A DNA stretch of 64,000 nucleotides from an uncultured virus (IMG/VR IMGVR_UViG_3300021185_003889). Taxonomy: Duplodnaviria > Heunggongvirae > Uroviricota > Caudoviricetes. Position numbers and translations under genes: made by a program. Shown here piece after piece: positions 17,981-27,429 of the stretch. The stretch is taken from IMG/VR virus record IMGVR_UViG_3300021185_003889, one strand, 5' to 3'. A model generated the notes under the pieces. It searched no databases. It worked only from the letters and a program-made list of their open reading frames with translations, and had not been told where the DNA came from. Numbering within the stretch: the stretch's first letter is position 1; the number at the start of each line of letters is the position of its first letter.

Positions 17981-17988
17981 CTATCTCC
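17957..17988 (-). terminator. Intrinsic terminator after fibre-like gene
   Basis: GGAGATA-N9-TATCTCC + T-run. Confidence 0.75.
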
Positions 17989-18010
17989 CTAATTTTTTTT
18001 AAAAATTTTA

Positions 18011-19252
18011 TTATACTCTATTCCAACCAGATCCTGATCCGTTATAAATGTATAATTGTACTGGACTTCCTGATACTATTAATGATCCTGTAGCAGGTGT
18101 TGCTGGAGCTGAACCGGTAACTTGTTGTAAAGTTAATAGTATTGATGCGCTTACTATTTGATTACCTGTAAATGTGTTACTCCCTGTTGATGCAAATGAA
18201 GCAGTATTAACGTTTGTAACATATGAACTAGTTACAGCAGTAAGTGATGCAATGTCAGTTGCAAAAGATGATGAATTAGCTAACTTAACCCAATTTCCTG
18301 CATGAGCAAAATAAGCTGACCCTGTAGCATGTACATGTGCAAACATTCCATGATATTGAGTAGCAGAAGGTAAGTCAGTAAAGTCACTATAAAGAAATCT
18401 TAATTTATTAGAAGCTGCATTTGAATCTAAAGTACCTGATATAATTTGATTATCAGTAAAGGTGTTACTTCCAGTTGTTGCTGTTATTGCTGATAATGCA
18501 TATGAACTAGATGCTGCATTTAATGACGATACAGCTGTGGCTAGTTGAGCATCTGTAGCATAAGTAGAATCTAGTGATGAGCTAAAAGATTCATTTGATG
18601 CTATTCTACTTGCAAGAGAAGAACTTAATGATGTAGATGAACCAGAAATTTCAGAAGCTATTTGAGCTGCTCCACTAATTAATGTATTACCTAATTCTGA
18701 TTCTGCTGTTGTAAGTCTAGTACTTAAAGATGAACTAAATGATCCTGTTAGTGCTGCTATTTCAGGTTGAAGTGATGAGCTTAATGAAGCAACTGATGCG
18801 CTTACTGAATTAGGAGAAAAGTCCCAATTCGCTAATCTTATCCAACCATAGCTTTCATGGGCGAAGTATGCTGATCCTTCAGAGTGTACGTGTGCAAACA
18901 TACCATGCCATGTAGTAGCATTTGGTAATGAACCAGTGTTGTCGTAGTGAAATCTTATTTTACTTTCTCCTCCGTAGGCTTCAATTTTACCTACCTGAGA
19001 CGTGTCACCCCAGTGGTTAAAACTTCCTGTATGTTTTAAACTACCAGTAATATTTACATTTCCTGTAAAATCGTGATTGTCACCAATAGTATCTCCAAAT
19101 TGGGTACTACCTGATTGAAAGAGAGTAACAGATTGAGTGAGTTCGGTTCTCAACTCTCTTGCTACAAGTGTGTCTGTTAATACTAAAGAACCGGTAAGGT
19201 GTACTATACTACCTGATTGAGGTTCTATGTTTGTTACTTTTAATTTGCTCAT
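18011..19252 (-). CDS. Ser/Thr-rich fibre-like virion protein
   Basis: Low-complexity S/T/A/G, internal repeats, TGSNTFTxNQ fibre-type repeats. Confidence 0.7.
   Translation of the reverse strand: MSKLKVTNIEPQSGSIVHLTGSLVLTDTLVARELRTELTQSVTLFQSGSTQFGDTIGDNHDFTGNVNITGSLKHTGSFNHWGDTSQVGKIEAYGGESKIRFHYDNTGSLPNATTWHGMFAHVHSEGSAYFAHESYGWIRLANWDFSPNSVSASVASLSSSLQPEIAALTGSFSSSLSTRLTTAESELGNTLISGAAQIASEISGSSTSLSSSLASRIASNESFSSSLDSTYATDAQLATAVSSLNAASSSYALSAITATTGSNTFTDNQIISGTLDSNAASNKLRFLYSDFTDLPSATQYHGMFAHVHATGSAYFAHAGNWVKLANSSSFATDIASLTAVTSSYVTNVNTASFASTGSNTFTGNQIVSASILLTLQQVTGSAPATPATGSLIVSGSPVQLYIYNGSGSGWNRV
18275..18961 (-). repeat. Two copies of a ~45-aa His-rich domain (18827-18961 and 18275-18406)
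   Basis: LPNATTWHGMFAHVHSEGSAYFAH vs LPSATQYHGMFAHVHATGSAYFAH. Confidence 0.9.
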
Positions 19253-19253
19253 C

Positions 19254-19655
19254 TTAAATTGTGTCTATAATTTCTAAATTCGAGTTTGAACCAACAGTTA
19301 ATTCGTATCCTGCTCCAACTGTTATTGGTCCGTACATCCTACCATTATGACTAGCAGGAAAACTAATATTTTTTACTAAAGTTTGAGGATTCGCAAAAAA
19401 TGCTCCAACTAATCCTTCATGGGCAGTTGCTGTACCTGCAATAGTAGTACTTCCAGTAATATTTGGAATAATTCCATTACCTCCAACAGTAACGTCACTG
19501 CTTACGTTCATACTACCAGTATGGTATAATGAACCACTAATGTGAACGTTTCCTAAATCAGCGGAACCTGTACCGTCTTGTACAACTCCACTACTATCAT
19601 GTTGAAGAACTCTCTGATAGGTATGTCTTATCTGATTATTGGTAAAATCTGCCAT
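19254..19655 (-). CDS. Putative virion/fibre-associated protein
   Basis: S/T/G-rich; C-terminal NGRMYGPITVGAGYELTV beta motif; TATTTAT upstream. Confidence 0.6.
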   Translation of the reverse strand: MADFTNNQIRHTYQRVLQHDSSGVVQDGTGSADLGNVHISGSLYHTGSMNVSSDVTVGGNGIIPNITGSTTIAGTATAHEGLVGAFFANPQTLVKNISFPASHNGRMYGPITVGAGYELTVGSNSNLEIIDTI

Positions 19656-19683
19656 AGCAATAGTCTATATACAATAAATAGTA

Positions 19684-19794
19684 CTAGAAATTCTTATAAG
19701 TAAACGGATCTCTTTTTTTAAGTTCCTTAATTTTTTTATTAAATTCTTTTTCTTTTTGCCATTTTTTTATTTTCTCTCTAAGTTTTTTAATCAT
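19684..19794 (-). CDS. Small basic protein after carbamoyltransferase (36 aa), not in ORF track
   Basis: MIKKLREKIKKWQKEKEFNKKIKELKKRDPFTYKNF; ATGA overlap. Confidence 0.6.
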   Translation of the reverse strand: MIKKLREKIKKWQKEKEFNKKIKELKKRDPFTYKNF

Positions 19795-21431
19795 AGTTTT
19801 TTTATTAAATAATTGTTAAGTACTAAATAATCGATATCGGAATCTAAATATCTCTGTATAGCTTGTTCAGGAGATATAGTAATCGTTTGATCCTTAAGGT
19901 TAAATGATGTATTTAACACAACTGGTATCTTAGTTAATTTACCTACTTCCGATAATAGATTATAATACAAGGTATTTTGTTTTTTTGTTACAGTCTGCAC
20001 TCTACAAGTCCCGTCTATATGTGTTGCTGCAGGTAAAAAATTAACTTTAGCTTTAACTACCTGGTTCATATACGGAACAGGTTCTTTTATGTTAAAAAAC
20101 ATGTTAGCTTGTTCGTATATAACCGATGGAGCGAAAGGTCTAAAACCTTCTCTTTTCTTAATTACATAATTTAACTTTTCTCTCATCTTAGGATCCTTAG
20201 GAGATGCTAGTATACTCCTATTTCCTAATGCTCTTGCTCCGAATTCCATACGGCCTTGCAACCATGCTACTATATTCTGAGCTGCAATAAGTTTAGCAGT
20301 TTTATTTATTAGCTTTTCGTCTGTAAGTTTGAACGCCCATATTTTATCCTTATAGTTGTGTATTACTTTCTTAATTTGCTGGTTAGTAAAACCAGGGCCA
20401 AGGTAAGGTGAAGGTTTAGAGTGTCCATCAAGACATGCACCTATAGCAGAACCAGCGTCTGAAGGAGCAAAAGGTATATGTACTGATTTAAAGTATTTAT
20501 ATGCTAACGTATTGCCAACGCCATTGTAAGCGCATCCACCTCCAATACAAATATTTGAGGATCCTGTAAGCTCTTTTGCTTTTTTTACTAATAATAGAAA
20601 TTGATTTTCGTATAATTTCTGAAGTGCTGCTGCTAGATCTTTGTGATCCTGAGTTAAGGTATCTTCCGGCAGTCTTGGAGGTAATTCTAATAGACGACAT
20701 AATTTTTTATTAAACATTACCCGATCATCGTATTCCCAGGTAAAGTACTTTTGATATAAATATAATTTAGATTCATTCTTATTAAGAACTTGCTCTAATT
20801 TTTTTAAATATTTTTCTGGGTTACCATACGGTGCTAACCCCATAACTTTATATTCACCTTCATTAGGTTTAAATCCTAAAAAAGCAGTAATAGTACTATA
20901 TAACATTCCTAATGAATGAGGAAAGTTAACTGATTCTATTTTTCTTATAGATTTACCAGAACCAAAGGATATTGTAGTCGTTTCCCACTCTCCTACACCG
21001 TCTACTGTAAGTATTGCTGCATCCCTATATGGACTAGTATAATAGCTGAAAGCAGCATGACTGTAATGGTGATCGTGGTAAATGATTTTTCCGGTGTACC
21101 CCATATTTTTGAGAATAGTTTCCGGAGAGTTAATTTTTCTGTTCTTATTATACCTCTGTCGAAGAAAAAAAGTTCTAAACGGCCTTTTATTGAAGATAGT
21201 ATTGACTCTATCGTTTTTAATTTTTGGATTTTCATACCAATGTACTTCTTGAATATCATTAATTTGTTTTGCTGTTGCTCTTAACGCCCATTTTATTGCA
21301 TTGATAGGAAAACTACTATCATGCTTTATTCCAGTAAATCTTTCTTCTTCAGCAGCAGCCAACACCATATTACCTTGTGTTATACAAGCAGCAGAATCGT
21401 GATAAAATGCTGATATTCCTAATCTAATCAT
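19791..21431 (-). CDS. Carbamoyltransferase (NodU/CmcH family)
   Basis: GISAFYHDSAA, EEERF, HHYSHAA, DGVGEW, EYKVMGLAPYG, EFGARALGNRS, LNTSFN. Confidence 0.95.
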   Translation of the reverse strand: MIRLGISAFYHDSAACITQGNMVLAAAEEERFTGIKHDSSFPINAIKWALRATAKQINDIQEVHWYENPKIKNDRVNTIFNKRPFRTFFLRQRYNKNRKINSPETILKNMGYTGKIIYHDHHYSHAAFSYYTSPYRDAAILTVDGVGEWETTTISFGSGKSIRKIESVNFPHSLGMLYSTITAFLGFKPNEGEYKVMGLAPYGNPEKYLKKLEQVLNKNESKLYLYQKYFTWEYDDRVMFNKKLCRLLELPPRLPEDTLTQDHKDLAAALQKLYENQFLLLVKKAKELTGSSNICIGGGCAYNGVGNTLAYKYFKSVHIPFAPSDAGSAIGACLDGHSKPSPYLGPGFTNQQIKKVIHNYKDKIWAFKLTDEKLINKTAKLIAAQNIVAWLQGRMEFGARALGNRSILASPKDPKMREKLNYVIKKREGFRPFAPSVIYEQANMFFNIKEPVPYMNQVVKAKVNFLPAATHIDGTCRVQTVTKKQNTLYYNLLSEVGKLTKIPVVLNTSFNLKDQTITISPEQAIQRYLDSDIDYLVLNNYLIKKL

Positions 21432-21637
21432 TTTTTCTTTACTCCGAATTTACTAAATTTATACCAAGCTCTTTCATGAATATAGTATAAAATCATTTTA
21501 GTAAACACTTCTATACCTCCTATAGCTAATCCCCATTGCCATGAACCAGTTACAGCCCATGAAATAATCATTGTGTCTAATGTACCGATAACTCTCCAGG
21601 TAATAGTCTTTAAAATATGTCTCTTATAACTAACCAT
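21428..21637 (-). CDS. DUF2061 membrane protein
   Basis: RHILKTITWRVIGTLDT...YYIHERAW. Confidence 0.88.
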   Translation of the reverse strand: MVSYKRHILKTITWRVIGTLDTMIISWAVTGSWQWGLAIGGIEVFTKMILYYIHERAWYKFSKFGVKKK

Positions 21638-21644
21638 AACTAAT

Positions 21645-22133
21645 TTATAAATTGTACTTTACTTTTCCTATAGTAAAATGAATACTATATCTTGTACCTC
21701 TTGTAACTTCAGATACGTGATGTTTATCTTTTAAAGTATGTATAAAAATTTCTCCTCTTGTTGCTCTTGCAGGTTTACCATGTAAATGATATATTCCTCC
21801 ATCGTAATCTGAAGGATCGCTAAGTTCTATACCACCACTTAATACTCTATCACCTGCTGCTTCCCCATCTACATGCTCAATCATATAATCTCCTACGTCG
21901 TACCTAAGTCCGAAGACCCAGTTATTTACACAGTACCCTTCTCCTAACTTATCTTTAACTAAATCGTCACATTTTTTGTATATCATCCAAGTAAAAAAAT
22001 CTTTTTGTTGACTTTTAAAAATACTAGATCTTTTATGAGTACTAATAGAAGAGTTTACTTGTTCGAAGTCTTTAAAAAAAACTTTAACTACTTCATTACA
22101 GTAATCAGCATCCCATTTGAGAGTTGTTTTCAT
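21645..22133 (-). CDS. 2OG-Fe(II) oxygenase
   Basis: YDVGDYMIEHVD, YDGG, HHVSEVTRGTRYSI. Confidence 0.85.
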   Translation of the reverse strand: MKTTLKWDADYCNEVVKVFFKDFEQVNSSISTHKRSSIFKSQQKDFFTWMIYKKCDDLVKDKLGEGYCVNNWVFGLRYDVGDYMIEHVDGEAAGDRVLSGGIELSDPSDYDGGIYHLHGKPARATRGEIFIHTLKDKHHVSEVTRGTRYSIHFTIGKVKYNL

Positions 22134-22151
22134 CTTTTTTAAATAAATATA

Positions 22152-22886
22152 TTAAATTAATGCTCTATACTCCTTCATAAGTTGATTTTTAGTTGTTGAA
22201 GAATAGTGAGTATAGTTACAATTGTTCTGATTATCTTTATTGAAGTAAAATGGGTTTATTTTTTCTTTAAGTAAAAATTGTTTTACTAACATTTGAGCTC
22301 CACAAGCGGAGAATTGTTTATCTTTTTTATTAAACTTATATTTAGGTTCAATATATTCTGTAAAAAAATTTTGTGTCTTTTTATACTGGTCTGTTAATTT
22401 ATTTTTGATTAGATCATTATTGAAATACATTAAGCCTAAATTTACTGCAGATTTATTAGGAATATTCCATAATGGAATTTTTTTTTCTATTTCATTTTCA
22501 AGGAGAATTTTTTTCCAACTATTAACTAAAGGTCCAACGTTATTAATCATTACCTCAAAAGCTAAATCTGTATTTTTTGGAATTGGAACAGTTCTATTAA
22601 AAATAATATCTCCATCAGTAATTAAAAATTCACCATTTAGTATATCTGCTACATAAAATTTTAAATCAGCTAAAAATACAAAAGGTCTTTTTGGTAAAAT
22701 AATTACTTCGTCAACTATACCTTTAAATATATTTACATTTTCTTCTTCCGTGCAAATAATCTTATGGTAACTGTTAGGTGCTGATAAAATTGATTGTTTA
22801 AATAAAAATTGAATATACTCATGTGTGTATAGTGATATATTTTCACCTTTTTTCCAATCCTTACTATATGTCCAAACAAGTCTCAT
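22152..22886 (-). CDS. Putative GT-A-like glycosyltransferase (DUF6734-like)
   Basis: FLITDGDII DxD, NLGLMYF, YTHY. Confidence 0.5.
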   Translation of the reverse strand: MRLVWTYSKDWKKGENISLYTHEYIQFLFKQSILSAPNSYHKIICTEEENVNIFKGIVDEVIILPKRPFVFLADLKFYVADILNGEFLITDGDIIFNRTVPIPKNTDLAFEVMINNVGPLVNSWKKILLENEIEKKIPLWNIPNKSAVNLGLMYFNNDLIKNKLTDQYKKTQNFFTEYIEPKYKFNKKDKQFSACGAQMLVKQFLLKEKINPFYFNKDNQNNCNYTHYSSTTKNQLMKEYRALI

Positions 22887-23236
22887 TAGAGCTCACCATC
22901 TTTTCTCATCTGCTCTCTTATTTTAGTTGCAGATATTTCTTTTACGTCTGTTGGCGGTACATGTTCTATTATCTCATAACCTACACCTCTTCCATAATTT
23001 ACTGATTCGATATCAGGTATAATTACTACTTTGATTTTACCATCAGTTATTTCTTTAAAGAATCTGGTTTTTAAGTTATATTTTATTTCTTCCGCAGTCC
23101 AAGGTTGATTTTCATTAGGTTCTACATCACGTATTGCTATACAGACGTTTTTACCTTCTTTTAATCTTTGATCGATTAACCATTGATGACCATCATGCCA
23201 AGGTTGCCATCTACCTATAAATAAACTATATTTCAT
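22886..23236 (-). CDS. Small HIGH-type nucleotidyltransferase (candidate minimal ATP sulfurylase)
   Basis: FIGRWQPWHDGH, ISATKIRE; overlaps APS kinase. Confidence 0.75.
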   Translation of the reverse strand: MKYSLFIGRWQPWHDGHQWLIDQRLKEGKNVCIAIRDVEPNENQPWTAEEIKYNLKTRFFKEITDGKIKVVIIPDIESVNYGRGVGYEIIEHVPPTDVKEISATKIREQMRKDGEL

Positions 23237-23654
23237 TTAGTAATTTTTTAAACGACTCTTCTGGCGAGTCAAATGTTGTATTGATAGAAATGTAATTGTG
23301 ATCAGGAGGCATGTAAGCTATTGCAGCAAAATGATCTCTTTCTCTCTTTTCTGTTGTATAGACGTATATTTCTTTAAAATCTTCTCCTATAAGTTGTTTA
23401 AAATCTTCTCTTTGATCAATGTACGGTGACACTAATGCAACTATTACATCTTCTCCTTTGTTATGCAGGTAATGGGCTATATGTTGAGCTGTACTTACAT
23501 TTTCAACTCTTCCTTTTATAGAATAATCTTTATTAGAAAAAAGATCTCTCATATCATCTCCATCTATAAGGTATGTATGAGGAAGTTCTTGATGTAACAT
23601 ACCTGCAAGTGTTGTTTTTCCAGCCATCGGCTGACCTGTAAACCAATATATCAT
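23226..23654 (-). CDS. cysC: Adenylyl-sulfate kinase
   Basis: WFTGQPMAGKTT, IDGDDMR, DYSIKGRVEN, VALVSPY. Confidence 0.88.
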   Translation of the reverse strand: MIYWFTGQPMAGKTTLAGMLHQELPHTYLIDGDDMRDLFSNKDYSIKGRVENVSTAQHIAHYLHNKGEDVIVALVSPYIDQREDFKQLIGEDFKEIYVYTTEKRERDHFAAIAYMPPDHNYISINTTFDSPEESFKKLLNEI

Positions 23655-24694
23655 ATAAAACTTTTTTTATGTTCAACTAAATGATTAAAATTATGTATTA
23701 CGTTAGGTTGGTTAGATATAATCTTAAGCATTTCTAAAAATTCTTCATGGTCTGGGTGTTCTATTCTGCTTATATCCTTAGTGTTGTACTCTTTTTCACT
23801 AAATGTACCCCAGTTAGTTAAGTGATTAAAAAATATAGAGTACCTTTTATCTTTCAAATTATGTGAACTGTTAAATAACTGACAAAACATATCCATTTCT
23901 CTAAAATTAGTATCTTGCGTAACGAAAGAAAAGGTAAACTGTTTAATAGTATTTATAGAAGTAATAAATTTTAAGTTATTAATTAACTTATCCCACTTCC
24001 CACCTAACCTAACTTTATTTTCGTATGTATCTGCAGTTGCTGCATCTATTGATATTTCACAAGTTTTAACATACGAATGTATTTTGTGTAATTTATTCCA
24101 TAAAGACTCAGTCCACAGACTTCCATTAGTTAATATATGAATATTTTTTAACTTTGGAAACTTTTTTGGTTCAAATCTTAATAGGAATTTTCTGAAGCTG
24201 TTGGAAAAGAATGGATCGCCTCCTCCTGTTAAAGTAATTTTTTCTATATCTGATGCTAGCTCAGTTTCTACTTGTAGTAATTTTTCCTCTACTGTTTGAA
24301 CTTCTTTTCCTTTAAAATTTATAAAGTCTAATCTACAGGATGGGCATTTATAGTTACAGCTTTCATCGAAGCATAAATTTACATTTTTAAGTTTTGTATT
24401 ATTAATAACTGCTTCTATGTTTGCAGTTGATTTAGGTATTAACCTATTATCTATACTTTTACCTTGTTCAATTAATGATAAATGAGGACATTGTTGATCA
24501 TCACAGTATTTGTATGTACCATCTAATATACTATCTCTTATTTTTTCAGCTTTTTCACTATGAAAATCTTTTTTCATATTTCCAGTTTCGTACACACTTT
24601 CATTTAACCATCCAGGACAGCATAAATAATGCCTATCTTTGAATACTTCAGAGTACTTAAAAGGAATAGTACAGATATATTGTGATTTATGCAT
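23651..24694 (-). CDS. Radical SAM protein with N-terminal twitch/SPASM-like Cys cluster
   Basis: CTIPF, LCCP, CDDQQCP; CNYKCPSC; paralogue of 56529-57554. Confidence 0.88.
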   Translation of the reverse strand: MHKSQYICTIPFKYSEVFKDRHYLCCPGWLNESVYETGNMKKDFHSEKAEKIRDSILDGTYKYCDDQQCPHLSLIEQGKSIDNRLIPKSTANIEAVINNTKLKNVNLCFDESCNYKCPSCRLDFINFKGKEVQTVEEKLLQVETELASDIEKITLTGGGDPFFSNSFRKFLLRFEPKKFPKLKNIHILTNGSLWTESLWNKLHKIHSYVKTCEISIDAATADTYENKVRLGGKWDKLINNLKFITSINTIKQFTFSFVTQDTNFREMDMFCQLFNSSHNLKDKRYSIFFNHLTNWGTFSEKEYNTKDISRIEHPDHEEFLEMLKIISNQPNVIHNFNHLVEHKKSFI

Positions 24695-25305
24695 TAAATA
24701 AAAATCTTATCAGATACTCTATATTTAAATTCAGGATTAATATATTCTTTTAAATTTTCATATGATATATTGTTGGGTAGAGATTTTAAACATTTATTAA
24801 CTCTTTCAACATCACCAGAAAATAAATCTTCATACCAAATTATTTCCTTATTTAAATTTTTAGCTAATAATTTTAAATCAGACATATGACTATCGTATTG
24901 ATTACCGTATTCAATATAATCTTCTTCTGATATATTATCATTAAAGGTGTATTTACCATGCCATTCTTTAGGTCCTGTGTTATTTTTAATTGCATGTACA
25001 AAACTTTCTACCTGCTTTCTTTTATTCTTTCTTCCTAGACATATAACTATATCGAATTGTTTTGCAAATCTAGTATGAATATCTAATCTATCTTCATATT
25101 TTCCGTCAGAAGGTACTTGTGAAGCCATAGTCTTAATTACTACATTTTTTACATTTCTTTCTTGCAAAAAATCTTTAGATTGTCTATCGTGGTAAGTAGC
25201 TTTTAACCAAGGTTCAGTAATAGCTCTAAAATTGTATATTTTACCTATAGCTTTTAATAGTACTGTTGAACCGCTTCTAGGGATTGCTTCTATTAATATT
25301 TTCAT
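24694..25305 (-). CDS. Sulfotransferase-like protein
   Basis: IPRSGSTVL PAPS-binding loop, EPW, IWYEDL. Confidence 0.75.
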   Translation of the reverse strand: MKILIEAIPRSGSTVLLKAIGKIYNFRAITEPWLKATYHDRQSKDFLQERNVKNVVIKTMASQVPSDGKYEDRLDIHTRFAKQFDIVICLGRKNKRKQVESFVHAIKNNTGPKEWHGKYTFNDNISEEDYIEYGNQYDSHMSDLKLLAKNLNKEIIWYEDLFSGDVERVNKCLKSLPNNISYENLKEYINPEFKYRVSDKIFI

Positions 25306-25326
25306 AACTTCTTTTAAATAAATAGG

Positions 25327-25347
25327 AAAAGCCGCACAAAGGCGGCT
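25327..25347 (-). terminator. Intrinsic terminator after lipoprotein
   Basis: AGCCGC-CTTTGT-GCGGCT-TTT. Confidence 0.75.
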
Positions 25348-25368
25348 CCTACTACCTATAGCTATAGA

Positions 25369-26196
25369 TTATAGATTTTCGAACTCTTTGATAAATTCGA
25401 TCCACCATAAAATAAACTGTGACTCTTTAGCTGCATTCCATGCTGCTGTCATTTCTGTTACTAGTGTTCTAAAGTTTACAACGTTAGTATCAGTTGAAGT
25501 ATCATAAAAAGAACTTGCTGCTGTAGTCATTGATACAGTACCAGATTTAACTGCGTTGTTAAAAACCCAATTAGATTCTGCTGTAATTAATCCTTTAAGA
25601 GTCGCTGGAGTTAAACTTGTAGAAGTTAACCCAATAGAAACAGAGTCTATAGCAGTATTCAGATTAGCATCTGAAATTGTTGCTGCAACCATTGCATCTA
25701 CTTTATGTCTTAAATCTTTGAATTGCTGTAAAACTAATACATCAGCTTCTGCAGCATCGATTGATGCCTGTAAAGTAACTGCATCTGCCGTAAGGCTAGC
25801 TACCTGAGTAGTTAATGTAGTAATCTGTGAATTCAAGTCCGTAGTAGAACTCCCATTCGCTGTAATTGTAGCGTTAAGAGTCACTATCTCTGCATCCAGG
25901 TCAGTAATCTGATCATTCAGAGTACTTACTGAAGTAGTAAGAGTGGCGATTTCGGCTACTTGTTCATCAGAAGTTACTCCCAATGCAGTAATTGTAGCGT
26001 TTAAATCGTCAATCTGCGTTGTTAAAGATGTAGTAGTTTCAGTCAAAGTATTCTTCTCAATAGTCAAAGCGTTGATTTGATTTTGATATGAAATTTTGAT
26101 GTTTTCTACATCTTCAGGTGAGAACCAGTCTGATTTCTCACAACTTACACTAGCTACCGCTAATGAAAGCATTAAAATAAAAATTGATTTATTCAT
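25369..26196 (-). CDS. Coiled-coil lipoprotein (start corrected to ATG 26196)
   Basis: MNKSIFILMLSLAVASVS-C lipobox; long heptad Thr/Asp-rich coiled coil. Confidence 0.8.
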   Translation of the reverse strand: MNKSIFILMLSLAVASVSCEKSDWFSPEDVENIKISYQNQINALTIEKNTLTETTTSLTTQIDDLNATITALGVTSDEQVAEIATLTTSVSTLNDQITDLDAEIVTLNATITANGSSTTDLNSQITTLTTQVASLTADAVTLQASIDAAEADVLVLQQFKDLRHKVDAMVAATISDANLNTAIDSVSIGLTSTSLTPATLKGLITAESNWVFNNAVKSGTVSMTTAASSFYDTSTDTNVVNFRTLVTEMTAAWNAAKESQFILWWIEFIKEFENL

Positions 26197-26219
26197 AATT
26201 ACGTATTTAATAAACGTAG

Positions 26220-26292
26220 TGGCGGGGATAGGACTCGAACCTATGACCTCCGGGTTATGAGCCCGGCGAGCTACCTGCTGCTCCACCCCGCA
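26220..26292 (-). tRNA. Initiator tRNA-fMet (CAU)
   Basis: TGCGGGGTGGAGCAGCAGGTAGCTCGCCGGGCTCATAACCCGGAGGTCATAGGTTCGAGTCCTATCCCCGCCA; 1:72 mismatch, A11:U24, three G-C pairs in anticodon stem; CCA not encoded. Confidence 0.96.
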
Positions 26293-26296
26293 ATCC

Positions 26297-26629
26297 TTAA
26301 TATCCTATTCTATAAAAAAGCCAAGCCGATACAGAGTTAGGTTTAGTAATAACTAATACATCATTTCTTTCATAGTAACTCAGAACATATTCATCATCTA
26401 TATCTGTCCTTTTAATGTATAGTTTACCACCATCTTCTCTTAATATACCTTTAGCCATGACCTTTTTATTGTCAATTCTAATAAATGAACCATCATTACC
26501 GATGTTAACAAATTCATTATCAAAACTTTGCCATTTACCTATAACATCCTTAGGTAAGTTATCCATATCTTTGAAATCCTGGGACTGTAAAGATATAGTA
26601 GTTAGTAAAAGTAAAAATAATTTACGCAT
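26297..26629 (-). CDS. Secreted hypothetical protein
   Basis: Signal peptide MRKLFLLLLTTISLQSQ; IGKW beta-rich domain. Confidence 0.7.
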   Translation of the reverse strand: MRKLFLLLLTTISLQSQDFKDMDNLPKDVIGKWQSFDNEFVNIGNDGSFIRIDNKKVMAKGILREDGGKLYIKRTDIDDEYVLSYYERNDVLVITKPNSVSAWLFYRIGY

Positions 26630-27413
26630 ATTGAGCTAATAATTTTTCTACATGTGCTTTCGCAACATCATATTCAACCTCTCCAGTTTCATCCTCATAT
26701 TGTACAGGGTCATCCACACCCAAGTTGATGAATGCTTCAATCCTTTCAACAGATGATGCTGATTTATAGTCACTATTACCGCTAGGATAGGGCTTATAAG
26801 ATGTATTAGTACGTTTGTATACATCATTAAAAGTAACTCCGAGCTCTTCAACCAATTTCTGTCCATCTTTTAAGATTCCAAGTTTATCTGTATCTAAGTA
26901 AGGAGTAAAATATCCTACTTTTTCTGCTTCCCAGTTACCTATTCTAAAGGCAGCATCGTCAGCATCTCTAAACTCTTGTCTGCAGTCAGGATAGATTGCA
27001 TGATCACCAGCATGAATACCTAATGCGATATCTGTATCGTTTCCATTAGAATTAGCTTCTGATAGAGCAACTGCTTGTACTAAAGAAGCAAATATCTTGT
27101 TTCTATTAGGTACTACTGTAGCTTTCATGTTATCTTCTTCATAATGACCTTCCGGTACATCATCTCCTCCTGTTACTAATGCTGAGTTTAGTAAATTAAC
27201 GAGTCCGTCAAGTTTAATAACTTGATACTTAATACTCTGACCATTAGCGTTTAAATAATCAACTAATGATTGAGCTCTTTCTAGTTCTACTCTATGCTTT
27301 TGACCGTAATCAAAAGATATTGCAGTAACATTGTCATACTCTGATAAACATCTGAGTAGTAAAGTTGAGGAGTCCATCCCTCCTGAAAGACTAATTACAA
27401 CATTTTTTGCCAT
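26622..27413 (-). CDS. queC: 7-cyano-7-deazaguanine synthase
   Basis: SLSGGMDSST, FDYGQKH, VPNRN, YPDCR. Confidence 0.95.
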   Translation of the reverse strand: MAKNVVISLSGGMDSSTLLLRCLSEYDNVTAISFDYGQKHRVELERAQSLVDYLNANGQSIKYQVIKLDGLVNLLNSALVTGGDDVPEGHYEEDNMKATVVPNRNKIFASLVQAVALSEANSNGNDTDIALGIHAGDHAIYPDCRQEFRDADDAAFRIGNWEAEKVGYFTPYLDTDKLGILKDGQKLVEELGVTFNDVYKRTNTSYKPYPSGNSDYKSASSVERIEAFINLGVDDPVQYEDETGEVEYDVAKAHVEKLLAQYA

Positions 27414-27429
27414 TTTATAAAATTTAATA

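Noticed and set aside
26197..26286. N-terminal 30 aa of the 305-aa ORF
   Set aside because: It is largely the tRNA-fMet read as codons; the real start is ATG 26196 with a lipoprotein signal.
2888..27413. que genes as a tRNA queuosine pathway
   Set aside because: No QueA/QueG/QueH or canonical Zn-binding Tgt in the window; context with PolA favours DNA modification (not fully excluded).
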